Source: the human T2T-CHM13v2.0 reference genome, Homo sapiens
DNA: 64,000 nt
Reading direction: 5' to 3' (one strand)
Assembly (NCBI RefSeq): GCF_009914755.1
Contig: NC_060947.1
Shown here: piece after piece, positions 59,850 to 64,000 of the stretch
Layout of the letters: each line of letters begins with the position of its first letter
Numbering within the stretch: the stretch's first letter is position 1
The notes under the pieces: generated by a model
What the model was told of the DNA's origin: nothing
The model's input: only the letters and a program-made list of their open reading frames with translations
Database searches by the model: none
Translations under genes and position numbers: made by a program

Positions 59850-60240
59850 AGCATTGTTTTAAGACAACCAAGTTGAACTGTCAGACGGCAACTTAGATCT
59901 ATGGTTCTGGAGTTCTGGGACTAGAGTTTGTTGGGCAAGAGTTGGGAGTGGCTGGTGTAGATTTGAAGCCACAAAACTAGATAAAATCCCCCAAAGGGTA
60001 AGGGTAGAGAGATAAAAGGACTGAACACTGAGCCTGGGCCACACCAATATTTGGAGAGTGGGAAGATGAGAAGGATCCAGCAACAGAGACAGGAAGTTAG
60101 AGACGAGTAGGAAGAGTGGGAACGTGAGGCAAAGTGAAGATAGTGTTTCAAGAAGGGAGTGATCAGCTGAGATCAGGTAAATTGAAGACCAAGAATAAAT
60201 CATTGGTGACCTTGACAAAAAGCAGTTTGGGTAACATGAT
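59850..60240. mobile_element. L2 fragment
   Basis: agatctatggttctggagttctgggac ... tcattggtgaccttgacaaaaagcagttt. Confidence 0.65.
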
Positions 60241-60747
60241 GGGCACAGTAGTTGTTACCAGTGGTTGTAGATAAAATTGAATGGAAGTAATGCTTATGAA
60301 GTACCTTTGATGTGTGTTAAAAATTTTGCAATTTAAAAATTACAAAAACCCTATGAGAGAAGCGATGATGTTTATTCTCATTTAACTGATAAGGAAATAG
60401 GCTTAACAGTACCAAGAATTTTACTTTTAGCAATTTACTTTAATTCTCTGTACTGCTATAGACCGTTTTACAATGCTATGTTCTTTTAGCAATATTTTCA
60501 GCCAATTTCCTTTGTACTCATTGCTGGGTACTGTTTGGTCTCAGTCTTTACTTAGGAGGACATTGGGGAGAAGTCAAAATCTAGATCAAAAAGGTATACA
60601 CACAAAGAATGTTGAAGAACAGATTGCCAAAATAAGTGAATGTAAGCCATTGGGCAAAACTGTAATCTGCAGTGTTTCATTGTGACACCTGATCTTTTGT
60701 ATCCTTTATAAACAATGGTCTGAAGACTAAATTTAGCCTCTGTTTAG

Positions 60748-61055
<308 letters not shown>

Positions 61056-61665
61056 GTTTTTGGCATTTAATATTTTAATCCTTTCTAATGTTGTTATTTG
61101 GTGCCTGTTTATTATCTCTTTTCAAAAGTTCAGTAACCATATCAAGCAGAATTAAGAAAAAAATCAAGTAACCATATAGGAGGGGTTTCTACTCTCTGGA
61201 ATGTTGAATTTATATCACAACCACTTCCATACAATGGCTTCCTGTAAGATTTTCCTCTGTAATTGTTCCACACTTCTATTCTTTAGTAGCAAGCCTAATA
61301 AATATGTTCACTTTCCTAGAAGCTGTCCATCAAAAGGCTTTTTCTAGGAAATACTTTCTCTCCTTTTTAATTTCTCTTTCTATTACCACATTCCATAGCA
61401 GAGCTACTCTTGGGCTAGGCAGGCTAGAGTTATTAATAAGTTTTATTATTTAATGGCAGACTTTCGATAGTATTACCCTAACCTAGCAAAACATTTTTAC
61501 TTTGATATTGTCCTTAGGATATATTCCTGTTTTGCCTGTACAATCTGAATCCTAGGAAGATTATATGTTGCTGTTATCTTTAAATCTTTAAGTCAATCTT
61601 TAAATCAATAAGCTGTGAGACACAGCTTATTGACAGAAGATTTTTAAATTTTCATTTATTTTCAG

Positions 61666-61754
61666 ATGTTCGCACACAAGCCATGTACCAGATGATGGAT
61701 CAAGGCTTTGTAGGACTTATTTTTTCCTGTTTCATAGAAGATAAGAACACAAAG
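61666..61754 (+). CDS. BRCC3: BRCC3 exon 6
   Basis: ttttcag|AT GTT CGC ... ACA AAG|gtattg; VRTQAMYQMMDQGFVGLIFSCFIEDKNTK. Confidence 0.96.
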
Positions 61755-61758
61755 GTAT

Positions 61759-61812
61759 TGTGTGTGCATGTGTGTGTGTGTGTGTGTGTGTGTAGGGTCT
61801 GTGTGTGTGTCT
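61759..61812. repeat. (TG)n microsatellite directly after the BRCC3 exon 6 donor
   Basis: tgtgtgtgcatgtgtgtgtgtgtgtgtgtgtgtg. Confidence 0.92.
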
Positions 61813-63186
61813 ACACACAGAGTAGAGAAAAATCTCTTTGCGATTTTAATAGGATGGTCAGGAAAGGTTTCAAGGAAAAGGGTCATTGAGTCAGGACCTG
61901 AAGAAGGTGAGGGAACAAGTCTTGTGGATTTCTTGGGGAAAGAACGTTCCAGGCAGAGGAAATAGCCAGTCCAAAGACCCTAAGGTGAGTGTGGCATGTT
62001 CAGGAAACATCAAGGAAGTTGGTGTGGCTGCAGCAGAGTGAGGAAGACCATGACCATACATGCCAGTTTGCCTCTGTCAGTCCCAGTTTTACCCTATTAT
62101 CCTAGTGACCTTCCCTCTTGGAAGTGTCCCAGTTTGAATGATAACTCATTTAGTTGTCCTAAACAAGGTCCAGATCTTGTAAGGCCTTGGATTTGACTCT
62201 GAGTTGGGAAGTCACTGGAGGATGACTTTATGTTTTAATGGGATCTCTCTGGCTTCTGTGTAGACTGAACAGTGGGCAGAGGGTGTGGGTGGAATCCGTG
62301 GCATCAGTGAAACCTGTTAGGAAGATATTGCTGTAATCTAGACAAGAGATGATGGAGGTTTGGTCATGGAGGTAAGAGTGAAGATAATGAGAAGTGGTTG
62401 GATGCTGAATATAGTTTGATGGCTACTAATAGTAACAACTACCATTTATCACCTATTGTATGGCATGTACTTATTAGGTGCTTTACGTAAATATGCTGTA
62501 ACCCTGACAAAAACCCAGAAGGAGTATTATTCCCATTTTATGAATGAACAAACTGAAGCTCACAGAGGTTAAACAGTTTGATCAGTGGCCAGTCTTGCCA
62601 TTCTTTATTTGGATTCTGTTTGAATTTTATGTTCATGTCAAGAGGTTATAATATGTGTCAGTTCAAACAAAAAGAAAATTACTACTTAACATTGTAGGTA
62701 TGAATTCTGCTAAGAATACCAATAGTGTCTTATTTAGTGCATTAGTTATATTCTCAGAATCTGTGTTAATAATGAATATTTTCCATAAAATCAGTTTTCC
62801 AGAAACACTAAAGTTCAGTACCTTGAACTTTATACATCATTTGAAATGCTTTCAACCTTGTCATCATGCGTTTATTTATTTATTGTCATCATAAGTAGTT
62901 GTTGAATAAGTTTGTCAGCTTTCAGGATGGCAGTTTGAATGTTCAGGTTCTTAGGTTCCTGGTTCTTGTGTTTGTTAACAATTCCCTGCTGTTACATGAG
63001 CAGATGTTTGGTTGTGACCATCTTATGTTGACTGAGCATATGATCCTTTTTATAGAAATTAATTTATGGCATATTCCATCTTTGGTATCTCTTTTAACAT
63101 TCTGCTTCTAGAGGGACCTTTGGGGTCTTTTTCAATATTAATCTTTCTTTGTGTGATATTTCTTTCTTTCTTTTTTCCTTTGATAG

Positions 63187-63242
63187 ACTGGCCGGGTACT
63201 CTACACTTGCTTCCAATCCATACAGGCCCAAAAGAGTTCAGA
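63187..63242 (+). CDS. BRCC3: BRCC3 exon 7 (gene continues past the window)
   Basis: tttgatag|ACT GGC CGG ... TCA GA|gtaagt; TGRVLYTCFQSIQAQKSS(E). Confidence 0.94.
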
Positions 63243-63679
63243 GTAAGTATGAGAGAGACTTATGTGTGTATTGGAGGGCTAATCTCCAATTCAGAGAATT
63301 TATTGTTTTGTTTCATTTTATTCCTTTCACTGGTAAGACACTAAGACACTGCATTTTTATTTATACTCATTTACAGCTCTACGATGAGTTAGAATCTCTT
63401 TAGCAGCTTGGATACTGGGGACCTAGGAAGCTAGGGTCATATGAGCAGTCTCTTCACTGTAATTACATCACCACAGTCCTGCCTGACATTTCCTTTTGTA
63501 CACTTATCCTAACTGAGCTGCTATTTTTCCTTTCTCTGGTAAATCATAAATCAAAGACTGAACATGCAGAGTACTAGATTTGTATAGATTCTTGTCTTTG
63601 CTGTGTCATAAACTTGATTTAAATGTTTGCATAGATCCATTTCCTTATTGAAATCCAATTCAATCTAAATTAGCAAATC

Positions 63680-63974
63680 TTTTTTTTTTTTTGAGACAGA
63701 GTCTCACTGTGTCACCCAGGCTGGAGTGCAGTGGTGTAATCTTGGCTCAGTGTAACCTCCACCTCCCGGGTTCATGCATTTCTCCTGCCTCAGCCTCCTG
63801 AATAGCTGGGACTACAGGCATGTACCACCACGCGCAGCTAATTTTTGTATTTTTAATAGAGATGGGGTTTCACCATGTTGGCCAGGATGGTCTCAAACTC
63901 CTGACCTCAGGTGATCCGCCTGCCTCGGCCTCCTAAAATACTGGGATTACAGGTGTCAGCCACTGCACCCGGCC
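63680..63974 (-). mobile_element. AluS with TSD
   Basis: tagcaaatctt on both flanks. Confidence 0.92.
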
Positions 63975-64000
63975 ACTAGCAAATCTTAATTGAGTACCTA

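Overview
Primate (human-like) genomic DNA, recognised from translated exons as the Xq28 FUNDC2-CMC4-MTCP1-BRCC3 cluster. It holds FUNDC2 exons 2-5 (+), the complete CMC4 (p8) and MTCP1 (p13, TCL1 family) coding exons (-), a bidirectional CpG-island promoter at about 43.2-44.4 kb, and BRCC3 exons 1-7 (+). The rest is mostly Alu, L1, L2, MIR, LTR and MER repeats. BRCC3 shows an AT-AC (U12-type) intron, a 17-nt microexon and a NAGNAG acceptor. The most notable observation is a decayed, apparently intronless Gfo/Idh/MocA-family (myo-inositol 2-dehydrogenase-like) oxidoreductase gene, antisense inside BRCC3 intron 5 (about 58.2-59.84 kb). It has stops, frameshifts, deletions and an Alu insertion, and carries a near-consensus CTCF motif. 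Other observations: an orphan promoter-like motif cluster downstream of FUNDC2, several hairpins and a palindromic minisatellite. Repeat family calls and boundaries were made by eye and are approximate.
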